A stretch of 64,000 bases of DNA, taken from IMG/VR virus record IMGVR_UViG_3300034121_001395; one strand, given 5' to 3'. Positions within the stretch are counted from its first letter, which is position 1, and the number at the start of each line of letters is the position of its first letter. Both the position numbers and the translations under genes were made by a program. The notes under the pieces are model-generated. The model searched no databases. It was given only the letters and a program-made list of their open reading frames with translations, and was not told the DNA's origin. Source of the DNA: a virus. Of this stretch, positions 8,416 through 17,490 are shown piece after piece.

Positions 8416-10145
8416 TAACCCATCGCACTGCCAGTTAATATTGGCATCATTGGCGTGGCATTATTATTTACATTACTCGTACTAATATTATTAGTGTTTC
8501 CGCCATTATTGTTATTAACAACTATTGTTGGTGCTATATTTGCAAAGTTACCTGCAGTCGCTAGTGTATTACCAGTTGTTAATGGTGTTGCTTTGATGTT
8601 TGCTTTCCACTTAAAGTCTGAAGCAGCATACTCATCCCATGAACCATAACCGGCAGCCATCGCCTTTTCAGTTTTAGACAGTTCAGTAAAATTATTTGTA
8701 GATGTAGCCTTTAATATTTTCTCAGATGACGATAATGTAGCAGTTGCTAATTTTTCAGATGATGATGATGACTCTTTTTCTTTTGGAGAACTACTGTATG
8801 CATACTCGTAAATTTTTGGTGGTATTGCCTTGCGTACCCAATACTTCGGATTTGCCTTTGATAGATCTTCTTTCGGATCTGGCAATATTGCTCGTATACT
8901 TGATTTGTAAAGTTCATTTATTGCATTTCCCATGTCACCTGCTATATCTCCTATTGCGCCACCAGCAGAAGAGAATAAATTTTCAACATCAGCAAAAATA
9001 GTTCTAAATAAATTTGGAAATACTTCTGTAAAAAGATTTTTGATCACATCAAAAATAAACACACCAATTTTTTTAATGATACCTGGTCCTTCGGTAATCA
9101 AATATTCTATAATTTTATAACCAAGTTTACTAATAAATACTGGAAGATCAAACAATAAAAATTTAAAACCCTTTATAATAAGAGGAAATATTTCCATTAT
9201 TCCAGTAAGAAGAAGATTTCCTAAAGGTTTGACAATATTTTCCCAACTGTTTGTAAAATATTTTCTCAATTCATCAGTTAATTTATTAGCATCTAATGAA
9301 AGAATAGCATCAAAAATAGTAAATAAACTTCTAAAATTATCTATAACTTGGTCAATGACTTGTTTTACAGTTGGTCCAAGGAGTGTTCCAAGTTTTTCAA
9401 GACCAAAAAGTTTTAAAATCCAACCTCCTATATCAGCAAGTACTTGTATCGTCGAAGCAAAAACACTATTAAAAAGACCAATTAATCCTTCTTTAATTGC
9501 GCCCATAACTCCATCTTCTTTATATCCTTTAATTGCACCCATAATAGCACCAATAAGTCCAGTAACCACAGTTATTGCAAGTCCAATTGGGCCAGCCAAT
9601 TTAGTAAGTTTACCAAAAATAGAAAATATTTTTGGCATTTTACTTAGCATATTCAACAATCCAGCTGGAAGAATTTTTGTACCTAATGTAGCAAATATAT
9701 TACCCAACCCCTTCAATAATCCACCCGCAAATGGTCCTCCCGCTGCAAATAAACCAGCTAATAAACCAGCTAATTTTCCAAATATTCCACCGGGGATTTC
9801 AATCTTAGAATTTTTAGCTGGTGCTGAACGTGTTTTATCTGGTTTTAAACCTCTAAGAGCATCAAGTAATTCGTCACGATTTTCACGTTCTTGAAGTTTA
9901 TTGCCTTCAAGACGTTTTGCCAACACTACATTTGATCGTATTAAAACATCAAATTTATCCTTTAGGTCACCTGCAACATTAACTAACTTGTCTAAAAACG
10001 TAGGAACCTCTGTAGTGTTTTCACGAGCAGCATTCGATGCAAGTGTAAAGTCATAGTTATCGATTGTATCAAGAATAAGATCTTGAGACAAATTAGAACT
10101 TTGTAATTCTTTTACAACCTGGGCTAGTGACGATTCTGCGGTCAT
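8412..10145 (-). CDS. gp29: tape-measure-like baseplate hub protein (gp29-like)
   Basis: 577 aa, helical, Gly/Ala/Leu-rich amphipathic repeats, N-rich C-terminus; located after gp26/gp51; size close to T4 gp29. Confidence 0.7.
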   Translation of the reverse strand: MTAESSLAQVVKELQSSNLSQDLILDTIDNYDFTLASNAARENTTEVPTFLDKLVNVAGDLKDKFDVLIRSNVVLAKRLEGNKLQERENRDELLDALRGLKPDKTRSAPAKNSKIEIPGGIFGKLAGLLAGLFAAGGPFAGGLLKGLGNIFATLGTKILPAGLLNMLSKMPKIFSIFGKLTKLAGPIGLAITVVTGLIGAIMGAIKGYKEDGVMGAIKEGLIGLFNSVFASTIQVLADIGGWILKLFGLEKLGTLLGPTVKQVIDQVIDNFRSLFTIFDAILSLDANKLTDELRKYFTNSWENIVKPLGNLLLTGIMEIFPLIIKGFKFLLFDLPVFISKLGYKIIEYLITEGPGIIKKIGVFIFDVIKNLFTEVFPNLFRTIFADVENLFSSAGGAIGDIAGDMGNAINELYKSSIRAILPDPKEDLSKANPKYWVRKAIPPKIYEYAYSSSPKEKESSSSSEKLATATLSSSEKILKATSTNNFTELSKTEKAMAAGYGSWDEYAASDFKWKANIKATPLTTGNTLATAGNFANIAPTIVVNNNNGGNTNNISTSNVNNNATPMMPILTGSAMGY

Positions 10146-10324
10146 TTTTTACGTTTTTCTTCTTCTTCTCTTATGTGTTTTATTAGCATTGCAATATAAA
10201 TTTCCCTCTCCCATGGTATCATCGTGTCTAATTCAGTTAAACTATATTTGTGATGTTGCATGAGTGCAAAGTTTGTTTGATAGTAATTAGTCAACGATTC
10301 ATGCGAGAGGGCTATTCGAAAAAA
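10142..10324 (-). CDS. gp51: gp51-like baseplate hub assembly protein; probably expressed as a -1 frameshift extension of gp26 (first ATG at 10261)
   Basis: Frame reads FFRIALSHESLTNYYQTNFALMQHHKYSLTELDTMIPWEREIYIAMLIKHIREEEEKRKK*; its TGA overlaps the tape-measure ATG. Confidence 0.8.
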   Translation of the reverse strand, partial: FFRIALSHESLTNYYQTNFALMQHHKYSLTELDTMIPWEREIYIAMLIKHIREEEEKRKK

Positions 10325-11022
10325 GCTTGTGTGCCTACAAGTGTAATATCATTGTCAGTCTTACAACCAGTACAATTAAATTTTACACTATGTTGTAGTT
10401 TAGGAGAGTTTGATATATACTCTTCAATTTTATTAAGTTGAGCTCGGCTTAAGCTGTTAACAAATGTTAGCAACTCTTCGCGAGACGACTGTGCTGAGGG
10501 ATACACTCCACTGTCATCAAAGATTGAATCAATTGAAGCAATAAGCATATTTGTTATTGTGTCCATATCAACTTCAGATGTGCTTATAATCGTTGACATA
10601 TCATTTACACGTATATGTCTTAAAACCACACCAATTTTATCAGTTAACATAATTTTGTTGCTAATTTCTTTAACTGGCCACGTTACTTCAATATCATCAA
10701 TATTAACAGACACCTCGTTGTAAGTTTCACAATGATCGCACTTACATTTGATATTGCTAACTTCACCTACGCTCTTTGCTCGTAACTTTAAGAAAATATA
10801 CTCTAAGTCAAACGAAGTCAAATCGTTTGGGTCAACGACACCGAATGTACAGGCTCGTATAATGTTTTTAATCGCGGACATCATTTCTGATGAGCTGTTT
10901 GACTCCTGTGCGAGCAGCAATATTTTTTCTTCCTTTACAAGAAAAGGACGATATTCAATTGACTGTGATGTAGATGGTACAGTCAATACATATTTTGGGG
11001 ATTCTAGGATTGGTAATGGCAT
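10312..11022 (-). CDS. gp26: baseplate hub assembly chaperone gp26
   Basis: YRPFLVKEEKILL, FDLEYIFLKLRAKSVGE, two CxxC pairs; ends in QAFFE. Confidence 0.92.
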   Translation of the reverse strand: MPLPILESPKYVLTVPSTSQSIEYRPFLVKEEKILLLAQESNSSSEMMSAIKNIIRACTFGVVDPNDLTSFDLEYIFLKLRAKSVGEVSNIKCKCDHCETYNEVSVNIDDIEVTWPVKEISNKIMLTDKIGVVLRHIRVNDMSTIISTSEVDMDTITNMLIASIDSIFDDSGVYPSAQSSREELLTFVNSLSRAQLNKIEEYISNSPKLQHSVKFNCTGCKTDNDITLVGTQAFFE

Positions 11023-11046
11023 AATATAATGTTATTTATTGTTTAA

Positions 11047-11574
11047 TTATTTCTTAATATCTAATTTATCATATGTAAATACTACAGATATTTTTTGTAT
11101 TGTTGATTCAGCATTATTATCTAGTTCAATAGAATTCAAAGTTATTGGATATGCGTTTTGCAATTTAACGTTTTGAATTTCTTCGTCATTTTCGTTTAGC
11201 TGCGTAATAGTAATATCAGCCTTGTAAGTTTGGTGATCTTTAGCGAGTAGATAGGAATCAATGTTTATTATTTTTTTCATCCATTCATCTATCGCCTTTT
11301 TAATGGCGTTATTATTAGTTGAAATAAATGTCATTGTTACATCATCTTCAATATAACCGGTTGGTATTTTTAATGGACGACGAGTGCCTATATCATAGTC
11401 TAATGTTGTAATTTGTTTTCCAGGTATATTAACAGACTCACATAAAAATGAAATATCCCTTGATACAGATGATGAACCAGGTAAACTAGCAAATGTTACT
11501 GAAAATCTATTTGGACGCGCTAAGCCCCCATTTCGCATTATTGCGGATTTAAAATCATTTATTGAAGATGACAT
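11047..11574 (-). CDS. gp54: tail tube initiator, gp54/gp19-family protein
   Basis: GLARPNRF, LCESVNIPG, NAYPI and VFTY tail-tube fold motifs. Confidence 0.75.
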   Translation of the reverse strand: MSSSINDFKSAIMRNGGLARPNRFSVTFASLPGSSSVSRDISFLCESVNIPGKQITTLDYDIGTRRPLKIPTGYIEDDVTMTFISTNNNAIKKAIDEWMKKIINIDSYLLAKDHQTYKADITITQLNENDEEIQNVKLQNAYPITLNSIELDNNAESTIQKISVVFTYDKLDIKK

Positions 11575-11577
11575 AGT

Positions 11578-12162
11578 TTAGATTAGTGTACGTGTTTTTT
11601 GCCAGATTGAGGCATTCTTTTGGCCAACGAAAGAATCAGTTGGTAGAAAAAGTGCAGTTTCCCATTCCTTTGGAAGCACCTCAACAGTTTTAGAAGTGAC
11701 GTGTGCATACAAATAGTGTTTAAAACATGGAGCGTATGCACGCAATTTTGATGTGCCATTTAGTAAATCATATGATAGTTTAAACCGTGTAGTTTCATCT
11801 AATTTATTGTTGTTCATATAATCCATCAGGCGATCAAAAAATATTGCGCGTTGACGAGGCGGAAGATAGTGTAGATTCAATCCATAGAATCCTTTTTTTG
11901 CTGGGCCTACCATGAGTATAAGTGGAAATCTATCATAATACGGCAGCGTCTCTTTGTATTTTGGATCATATAAAAACATAAACATACGACCAATAAGAGG
12001 TCTGTTTCTTACTGTCAATGAGTCGTCGTTTAATACTTTTGATGGAGATACATTTGTAAGTGTACGTATTTTACGATAAAACCATTCTCTGGATTCTTTT
12101 GTACGAGGTAAGAATCCAGTTTTTTCTGCATCAGACTGAATTTTAGAAAAAAGAGATGGCAT
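11578..12162 (-). CDS. gp2: DNA end protector protein gp2
   Basis: MFLYDPKYKETLPYYDRFPL, GLNLHYLPP, CFKHYL. Confidence 0.93.
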   Translation of the reverse strand: MPSLFSKIQSDAEKTGFLPRTKESREWFYRKIRTLTNVSPSKVLNDDSLTVRNRPLIGRMFMFLYDPKYKETLPYYDRFPLILMVGPAKKGFYGLNLHYLPPRQRAIFFDRLMDYMNNNKLDETTRFKLSYDLLNGTSKLRAYAPCFKHYLYAHVTSKTVEVLPKEWETALFLPTDSFVGQKNASIWQKTRTLI

Positions 12163-12183
12163 ATATCTATTTATAATGTAGAT

Positions 12184-12639
12184 TTATGTCAATAATTTTA
12201 TACCAAGCGCCTTTATGGTGTCTTCCGTCCATACTTCAAAAATCATGCCACGATCTGCACAATACTCGGTTGCGGCGCACCATTTGGATTGATTTTTTAC
12301 ATATGTAAGCACTTCAGTAATGTATGCTTTCGTTTTTCGGGTACGCACCTTTGGTTCTTGAGTTTGCTTCTTTGGCTTTATCTCGATGAGATACGTTTGA
12401 CCAGTTTTAAATTGTATTTTTAAGTCTACGAAATATCGATGTAATTTATTATCAGTTTTACATCGATAGGGCACAATTGTTTCTTCACTGCTCCATTTCA
12501 CAACGTTGATATTCTCATCACACCATTTAAATACTTGACGTTCCCAAAGTGATCGGTAACATATTGCAGTATAGTCACCGTCATATTTTCCTGGATGTAT
12601 TGGCCGATACTTACCACTATAATATTGCCCACGTTTCAT
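12184..12639 (-). CDS. gp4: head completion nuclease gp4
   Basis: YRSLWER, WSSEE, HRYFVD, LIEIKP, NQSKW; ATG at 12639. Confidence 0.93.
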   Translation of the reverse strand: MKRGQYYSGKYRPIHPGKYDGDYTAICYRSLWERQVFKWCDENINVVKWSSEETIVPYRCKTDNKLHRYFVDLKIQFKTGQTYLIEIKPKKQTQEPKVRTRKTKAYITEVLTYVKNQSKWCAATEYCADRGMIFEVWTEDTIKALGIKLLT

Positions 12640-12654
12640 ATAAATACTTATATG
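12637..12654. promoter_or_regulatory. divergent overlapping gp55-type late promoters
   Basis: CATATAAATACTTATATG: TATAAATA on + (12639-12646) and TATAAGTA on - (12645-12652), each 5 nt from an ATG. Confidence 0.8.
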
Positions 12655-13392
12655 GCACTTAATTTTCCAGAAGACGCAAACACAAGTCGTCCATATGTAT
12701 TTTTTCAATGTACCGCACGAAATAGCGAAGTTATAGCACTGCCGATTCCAGGATCGCTACAATTTAGTGATGGTGCTACATACAACAATACTGAGCTCGG
12801 ATTTTTAGGGGGTAGTTTAGCTAATATTGCATCAACAGTATCTACTCGGGGCCTTAGTGGTGAATCAGTAAAAAGTGCACTGGCTAATGAATTTTTAAAT
12901 AAAAAATCTGAATATAGTGGAGCATCGATAGGTACTTTAGTACAAGGGATAACTACAATGACTGGAGCAAATGAAGGTCTTCAAAGTGCAATAAGTATAG
13001 CCACTGGAACAACGGTAAATAAAAATATAACAACTGAATTTACCTCTACAAATACGCGTGTATTTTCATTTCAATTTCAACTCATACCACGAACATCTAG
13101 TGAAAGTACTAAAATAAAAAATATAGTAAAGACCTTTAGAGAAGGATTATATCCAGAATCAATTGGTTTTCAATTAAAATATCCCCCAAAATGGAAAATA
13201 GAGTTTAAAACGAGTGGCAGTAGTAGTTTAGATCATTTACCAAAGATTGGTGAGACATATTTAACTGAAGTAAATACTACATACAATGGATCTACAAATA
13301 TGTGGAGAGATGACGGTTCGCCGCTTGAAACAACTATACAGGTGTCCTTTATGGAAACAAAGGCGTATACATATAACACAATACCTAAATAA
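12652..13392 (+). CDS. gp48: baseplate tail tube cap gp48
   Basis: RVFSFQFQLIPRT..ES..IK.I, YPPKWKIEF, L..VNTTY, F.ET; synteny. Confidence 0.85.
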   Translation: MALNFPEDANTSRPYVFFQCTARNSEVIALPIPGSLQFSDGATYNNTELGFLGGSLANIASTVSTRGLSGESVKSALANEFLNKKSEYSGASIGTLVQGITTMTGANEGLQSAISIATGTTVNKNITTEFTSTNTRVFSFQFQLIPRTSSESTKIKNIVKTFREGLYPESIGFQLKYPPKWKIEFKTSGSSSLDHLPKIGETYLTEVNTTYNGSTNMWRDDGSPLETTIQVSFMETKAYTYNTIPK

Positions 13393-13395
13393 TAT

Positions 13396-14385
13396 ATGCC
13401 AAACTTTTTTGCAAAATATCCAAAAGTAAATTATGACCTGGTTTCTGATGGGTCTATATTTGAATTAACAGACATCACACGATCTGTTGTAATAAACACA
13501 AATAAGATACAGGATGATAATGCACTCTACACATACTATGAAATAGAAGATGGAGAAAGACCTGATATAGTATCGCATAAACTTTATGATGATATTCAGT
13601 ATTATTGGACATTTTTTATAATAAATAATTTTTTACGCGACGGTTATTTGTCGTCTTGGCCGCTGTCTTATAGAAATTTTACAAAGATGATTGAGAGTGA
13701 ATATGGTAAATATTCTGCGATATCAATTGTCCCTGTTGTTGATCCAACAGTTGATCTAAATGGCCGAGGTAAACTAGACATGTCATGCATACCGCTTGAT
13801 GAAAAATATCTGCCATACTTAAAATTTGTTTCTCAAGATCGCGAGTATCGTTCAAGCATAGCGCAGTATGACAGCGGGCGCCAACAATTAGTCGTATATG
13901 ACTGTCATAAAGTTAATATCACTGGCACAAGAATAGAAATATCTAGAGAAGCATTTATAGAAAATAGCAATCTTAGTTATACAATTGTATGTGATGACAC
14001 AATGCCAACTGAATTAAAGACAGAATGGATAAATTTAGTTTATACGCAAATTTTAAAATATGATCCAGTTGGATATGCTGAACACATTGAAGCAAATACA
14101 CCTCCAGAACAATATGTGTCTACGAAAACGCTAAACGTGGCAGATCCACAATATCGATGGAGCAACTATGCCAATGCTGCATATGAATATGTTGATCCAA
14201 TTGGCGTCATACATTCTGCATATGATATCTTAACTGATGAGAATGTAGTTATTCCAAAATACAAATCATTTTATGACAGCGAAAATGAAATAAACGAAAG
14301 TAAGCGAGTCATACAAGTTATACGCCCAGATTTTATCTCTGATTTTGCAGACGAATATTTTAATGTTTTAAATGACACTCTTTGA
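13396..14385 (+). CDS. gp53: baseplate wedge protein gp53
   Basis: FFAKYP.V.Y, LysM-like GERPDIVSHKLY..YYW, WPLS, ENE.NESKR.I.VIRP. Confidence 0.9.
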   Translation: MPNFFAKYPKVNYDLVSDGSIFELTDITRSVVINTNKIQDDNALYTYYEIEDGERPDIVSHKLYDDIQYYWTFFIINNFLRDGYLSSWPLSYRNFTKMIESEYGKYSAISIVPVVDPTVDLNGRGKLDMSCIPLDEKYLPYLKFVSQDREYRSSIAQYDSGRQQLVVYDCHKVNITGTRIEISREAFIENSNLSYTIVCDDTMPTELKTEWINLVYTQILKYDPVGYAEHIEANTPPEQYVSTKTLNVADPQYRWSNYANAAYEYVDPIGVIHSAYDILTDENVVIPKYKSFYDSENEINESKRVIQVIRPDFISDFADEYFNVLNDTL

Positions 14386-14387
14386 TT

Positions 14388-15977
14388 ATGGCAACTACGT
14401 CTAATGCAAACAATCCAGCGATTAATACACCAAAGACTGGCTATGCTGGAGATAATTCTGACGTAAAGACACCTGGCGCATTTGAAATTAAAAGATTGAT
14501 AATGACAAATTCAAGAGGAGTCAAGAAAGATTTAAAAGCCCTTAACCTAGTTGATTCATTTACTATAACGACTGAATTATTTTCACCGGTAGTTACATTT
14601 ACGGCAACTATACGAGATAATGAAAATTTCATTGATACATTTGATATATGTGGTCAAGAAATTATTGAAGTTGAAATAGATCCATTAATTGCGGGTGACG
14701 CAATAAAACAAACATTTTATGTAAAAGAGTATGTAAATTATACAAAAACACTTGATTTTCCAAATACTCAAATATACTCACTCGTGGCAATTTCAGAATT
14801 TGCGTATCGTAGTAGTCTAATGAATATTTGCCGAGTAGTTGATAAGAATCAAACTGTTGCAGAAAATATTAAAACTATTTTCATAGAAGATTTGGGATTT
14901 AATAAAGAAGATGGATTTAATGTTGACGGAGACGTATCAACTAAATTTGAAGGCATTATAAACATACAACGACCACTAAAGGCAGCTGAATGGTTACGTT
15001 CGCGTTGTTTTGAAGAAAATGGCTCTCCATTCTTTCTTCATAGTAACATAACCCAACCAAAAAGAATATTTTTGTCTTCCTGGAAAAGTTTAAGTGCTGG
15101 AGCTATTGTAGCAAAATATAAGTATCGTCAACAGTCTGAAGAGACTCCAGGTACAACAAAACATACAATAGAAGAACGCTCTCGTATATTAAGTATGTCA
15201 TCAAACATAAAATTTGATAGACTTGCTTCTGCCAATGCTGGAGCATATGCTAGTCGATTAAACGTAACTGACTACACGGCAAAGACATATTATACTTTAG
15301 ATTTTAAAAGCAAAGCAACTAAAGATTGGACACCTCAAAAATATAAAATAAAAAATAGAGAAGGCGCCATTGTCGAAGATGCAACGATGCATAATATTCC
15401 TTCTGCAAATACCGCAAGTGTTCATATTAATACTGCAATAAATCCAGATGGCAAAGGTAATTCAGTTACTAATGCGCTATATCCTAACATATCAATAGCA
15501 AATGCGTTTATTGCGCGATTAAACGAAATTAATCATGAAATTGTAGTGTATGGAGACACTGCATTTAATCCAGGAGTAAAACTAAAATTGGAGATACCAA
15601 AAACATTACGAGAACGCACCATTGGCCAAGGTAAAGACAACCTTGATCCAGTAGTATCAGGTGAGTTTATGATTGTTGTGGCGGCTCATGTTTTTTCAAA
15701 TGGTATCTATACAAATAAATTAAAATTAGTTCGTATTGGAGGAGTTGAGGCTTTAAGTGGCGCCGATGGCATATACATACCTTCAAATACATCTACATCT
15801 GAGGTTGCAGTTACACCAAATATTAATCCAAATCCAAATAATACTGTCCCATTGCCAAATTTACAAGATGTGCAAGATACACAAGCAGCGCAAGAAGATC
15901 TGAATATATTGCCTGATCAACCCCCATCTGGTGCGTCACCAATACCACTAGGGCAACCTGGAAATATGATACAATAA
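14388..15977 (+). CDS. baseplate hub protein (gp27-like)
   Basis: Lies between gp53 and gp5; C-terminal VYGD..FNPG...SGEFMI...H.F hub-type motif. Confidence 0.65.
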   Translation: MATTSNANNPAINTPKTGYAGDNSDVKTPGAFEIKRLIMTNSRGVKKDLKALNLVDSFTITTELFSPVVTFTATIRDNENFIDTFDICGQEIIEVEIDPLIAGDAIKQTFYVKEYVNYTKTLDFPNTQIYSLVAISEFAYRSSLMNICRVVDKNQTVAENIKTIFIEDLGFNKEDGFNVDGDVSTKFEGIINIQRPLKAAEWLRSRCFEENGSPFFLHSNITQPKRIFLSSWKSLSAGAIVAKYKYRQQSEETPGTTKHTIEERSRILSMSSNIKFDRLASANAGAYASRLNVTDYTAKTYYTLDFKSKATKDWTPQKYKIKNREGAIVEDATMHNIPSANTASVHINTAINPDGKGNSVTNALYPNISIANAFIARLNEINHEIVVYGDTAFNPGVKLKLEIPKTLRERTIGQGKDNLDPVVSGEFMIVVAAHVFSNGIYTNKLKLVRIGGVEALSGADGIYIPSNTSTSEVAVTPNINPNPNNTVPLPNLQDVQDTQAAQEDLNILPDQPPSGASPIPLGQPGNMIQ

Positions 15978-15981
15978 TAAA

Positions 15982-16617
15982 ATGAAAATTGAACATTGGT
16001 TTACAGGAATCATAGAAAATATTGCAGACCCGCTAAATGCTGGTCGAGTACAGGTTCGTATCTATGAATATCATGAACTCGATGACGTAAATAGCATACC
16101 AAGTGAAAACTTGCCATGGGCTACTCCATTATTACCAATTACCAGCGCGTCAAATACCTCAATTGGTACTGGAGCAACCGGACTTATGGTTGGCAGTTGG
16201 GTTTTTGGTTTTTTTAGAGATTCCGATCAACAAGATCCAGTAATACTTGCAAGCATACCTGGAGTGGCTTCAGTAAATGGTGCCGACATACCACGAGATG
16301 CAAGCAGTTCTTCTGTCGGCATTGCCTATTCTGGGGCAACAAACACTTCACAACTTGTTGAAAATTCTCCGGTAGCAAATCAAGCAAATACATCTGCACT
16401 TGATGGAGAGAGTTCGCCACAAGCACAGAGTAGTACAAATTCTTCAGCAGAGGTAAATAATTTTGTAAACAAAGTTCTTTCAGAATCAACAGACGAAAAT
16501 ACATCTTCGACTCGAAGCAGCGGCGTCTCCGGAACCAACGATCCCATACCGGGCCTCGATGACTCTGAACCAGTTGATAATAACACTGATGAGCTATTAC
16601 CACCTTTGCCACAATAA
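15982..16617 (+). CDS. gp5: gp5 N-terminal OB-fold domain (stand-alone)
   Basis: WFTGIIE..DPL.AGRVQVRI, LPWA, GSWVFGFFRD...Q.PVIL; acidic low-complexity tail. Confidence 0.88.
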   Translation: MKIEHWFTGIIENIADPLNAGRVQVRIYEYHELDDVNSIPSENLPWATPLLPITSASNTSIGTGATGLMVGSWVFGFFRDSDQQDPVILASIPGVASVNGADIPRDASSSSVGIAYSGATNTSQLVENSPVANQANTSALDGESSPQAQSSTNSSAEVNNFVNKVLSESTDENTSSTRSSGVSGTNDPIPGLDDSEPVDNNTDELLPPLPQ

Positions 16618-16655
16618 GCTAATAAATAGTTTAAATGAAAATTAAATAATAAACT

Positions 16656-17459
16656 ATGGCAAATGTTTCAAATCAATGGTGTGCACAAAAACTAAATGAG
16701 TTTTTGAAATCTAGTTTTAAAATTGAAAATGAAGATTTTCCAGCCGACACCAGTAGTTTATATAGTTGGTCAAATTGGCCAAGTGGAAAAGGCGGGAAAT
16801 ATTTTGAAAGAGTCTTAAACCCTAAGCTTTTATATAAAGGTGATATAATAATTAGAGACACAGCTCAAGACTATATTGCGGTAGTATATGAGGGAGGAGC
16901 AGTATCAGGAAAATACAAAATTGCTGAAGGTAACTCAGCAACTAAGAAATTTGTTAAAAAAGAGACGTCTGGACCAGTAACATATGTATTGCGAGCGCGC
17001 GGATCAAAACGTGACTATGTTGCGCCAACAGCAGCTCCAGAAGGATCATTTGCCGATTGGTTTAACAAACAAGGTTTTAGGAGATTTTCTGCACAAACTT
17101 TTATCAATAGCTTTAATAAGACCAGAGGGAATGTTAGTAATTCTCCACCTCCTAGCAAATATTGGAATAACATTGTGCCGACACTGCGAATTGTCGAAGA
17201 TCTTTGTGATGATTTTGGCGTAACTTGCACTATTACTAGTTCTTATCGCAATCCGGAATATAATGCTAAAGTTGGTGGTAAGCCAAATAGTCTACATATG
17301 ACGTTTAAAGCTTTAGATATTTCGTTTCCCGGAATTGCAGCAAGCACAGTCTATGCAAAACTAGTAAAATGGCGAGCAAATGGTAAGTTTACTGGCGGGC
17401 TTGGCAGTTATCCTGGTTTTACGCACATAGACACTCGAAACTATAATACAAACTGGTAA
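16656..17459 (+). CDS. peptidoglycan hydrolase: degenerate CHAP-like domain plus peptidase M15
   Basis: M15 motifs SSYRNPEYNAKVGG..NSLHM.FKALDI and FTHIDTR; N-terminal QWCA...GDIII...IAEGN. Confidence 0.85.
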   Translation: MANVSNQWCAQKLNEFLKSSFKIENEDFPADTSSLYSWSNWPSGKGGKYFERVLNPKLLYKGDIIIRDTAQDYIAVVYEGGAVSGKYKIAEGNSATKKFVKKETSGPVTYVLRARGSKRDYVAPTAAPEGSFADWFNKQGFRRFSAQTFINSFNKTRGNVSNSPPPSKYWNNIVPTLRIVEDLCDDFGVTCTITSSYRNPEYNAKVGGKPNSLHMTFKALDISFPGIAASTVYAKLVKWRANGKFTGGLGSYPGFTHIDTRNYNTNW

Positions 17460-17490
17460 AACTATTAATCATTTTTCTAATATATAAGTT

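Noticed and set aside
8455-9894. Long antisense ORFs over the tape measure gene (for example 9229..9894), and similar ones over fibre genes
   Set aside because: Shadow ORFs arising from the codon bias of the real genes; no motifs or expression signals
10290-10314. TAG read-through or an alternative genetic code at the gp26 stop
   Set aside because: Read-through in frame 0 hits TGA after six codons and never enters the gp51 frame; conserved genes are intact under code 11
12595-12708. Overlapping extended N-termini of gp4 (12708) and gp48 (12595) in the ORF track
   Set aside because: Conserved motifs and promoter positions support starts at 12639 and 12652
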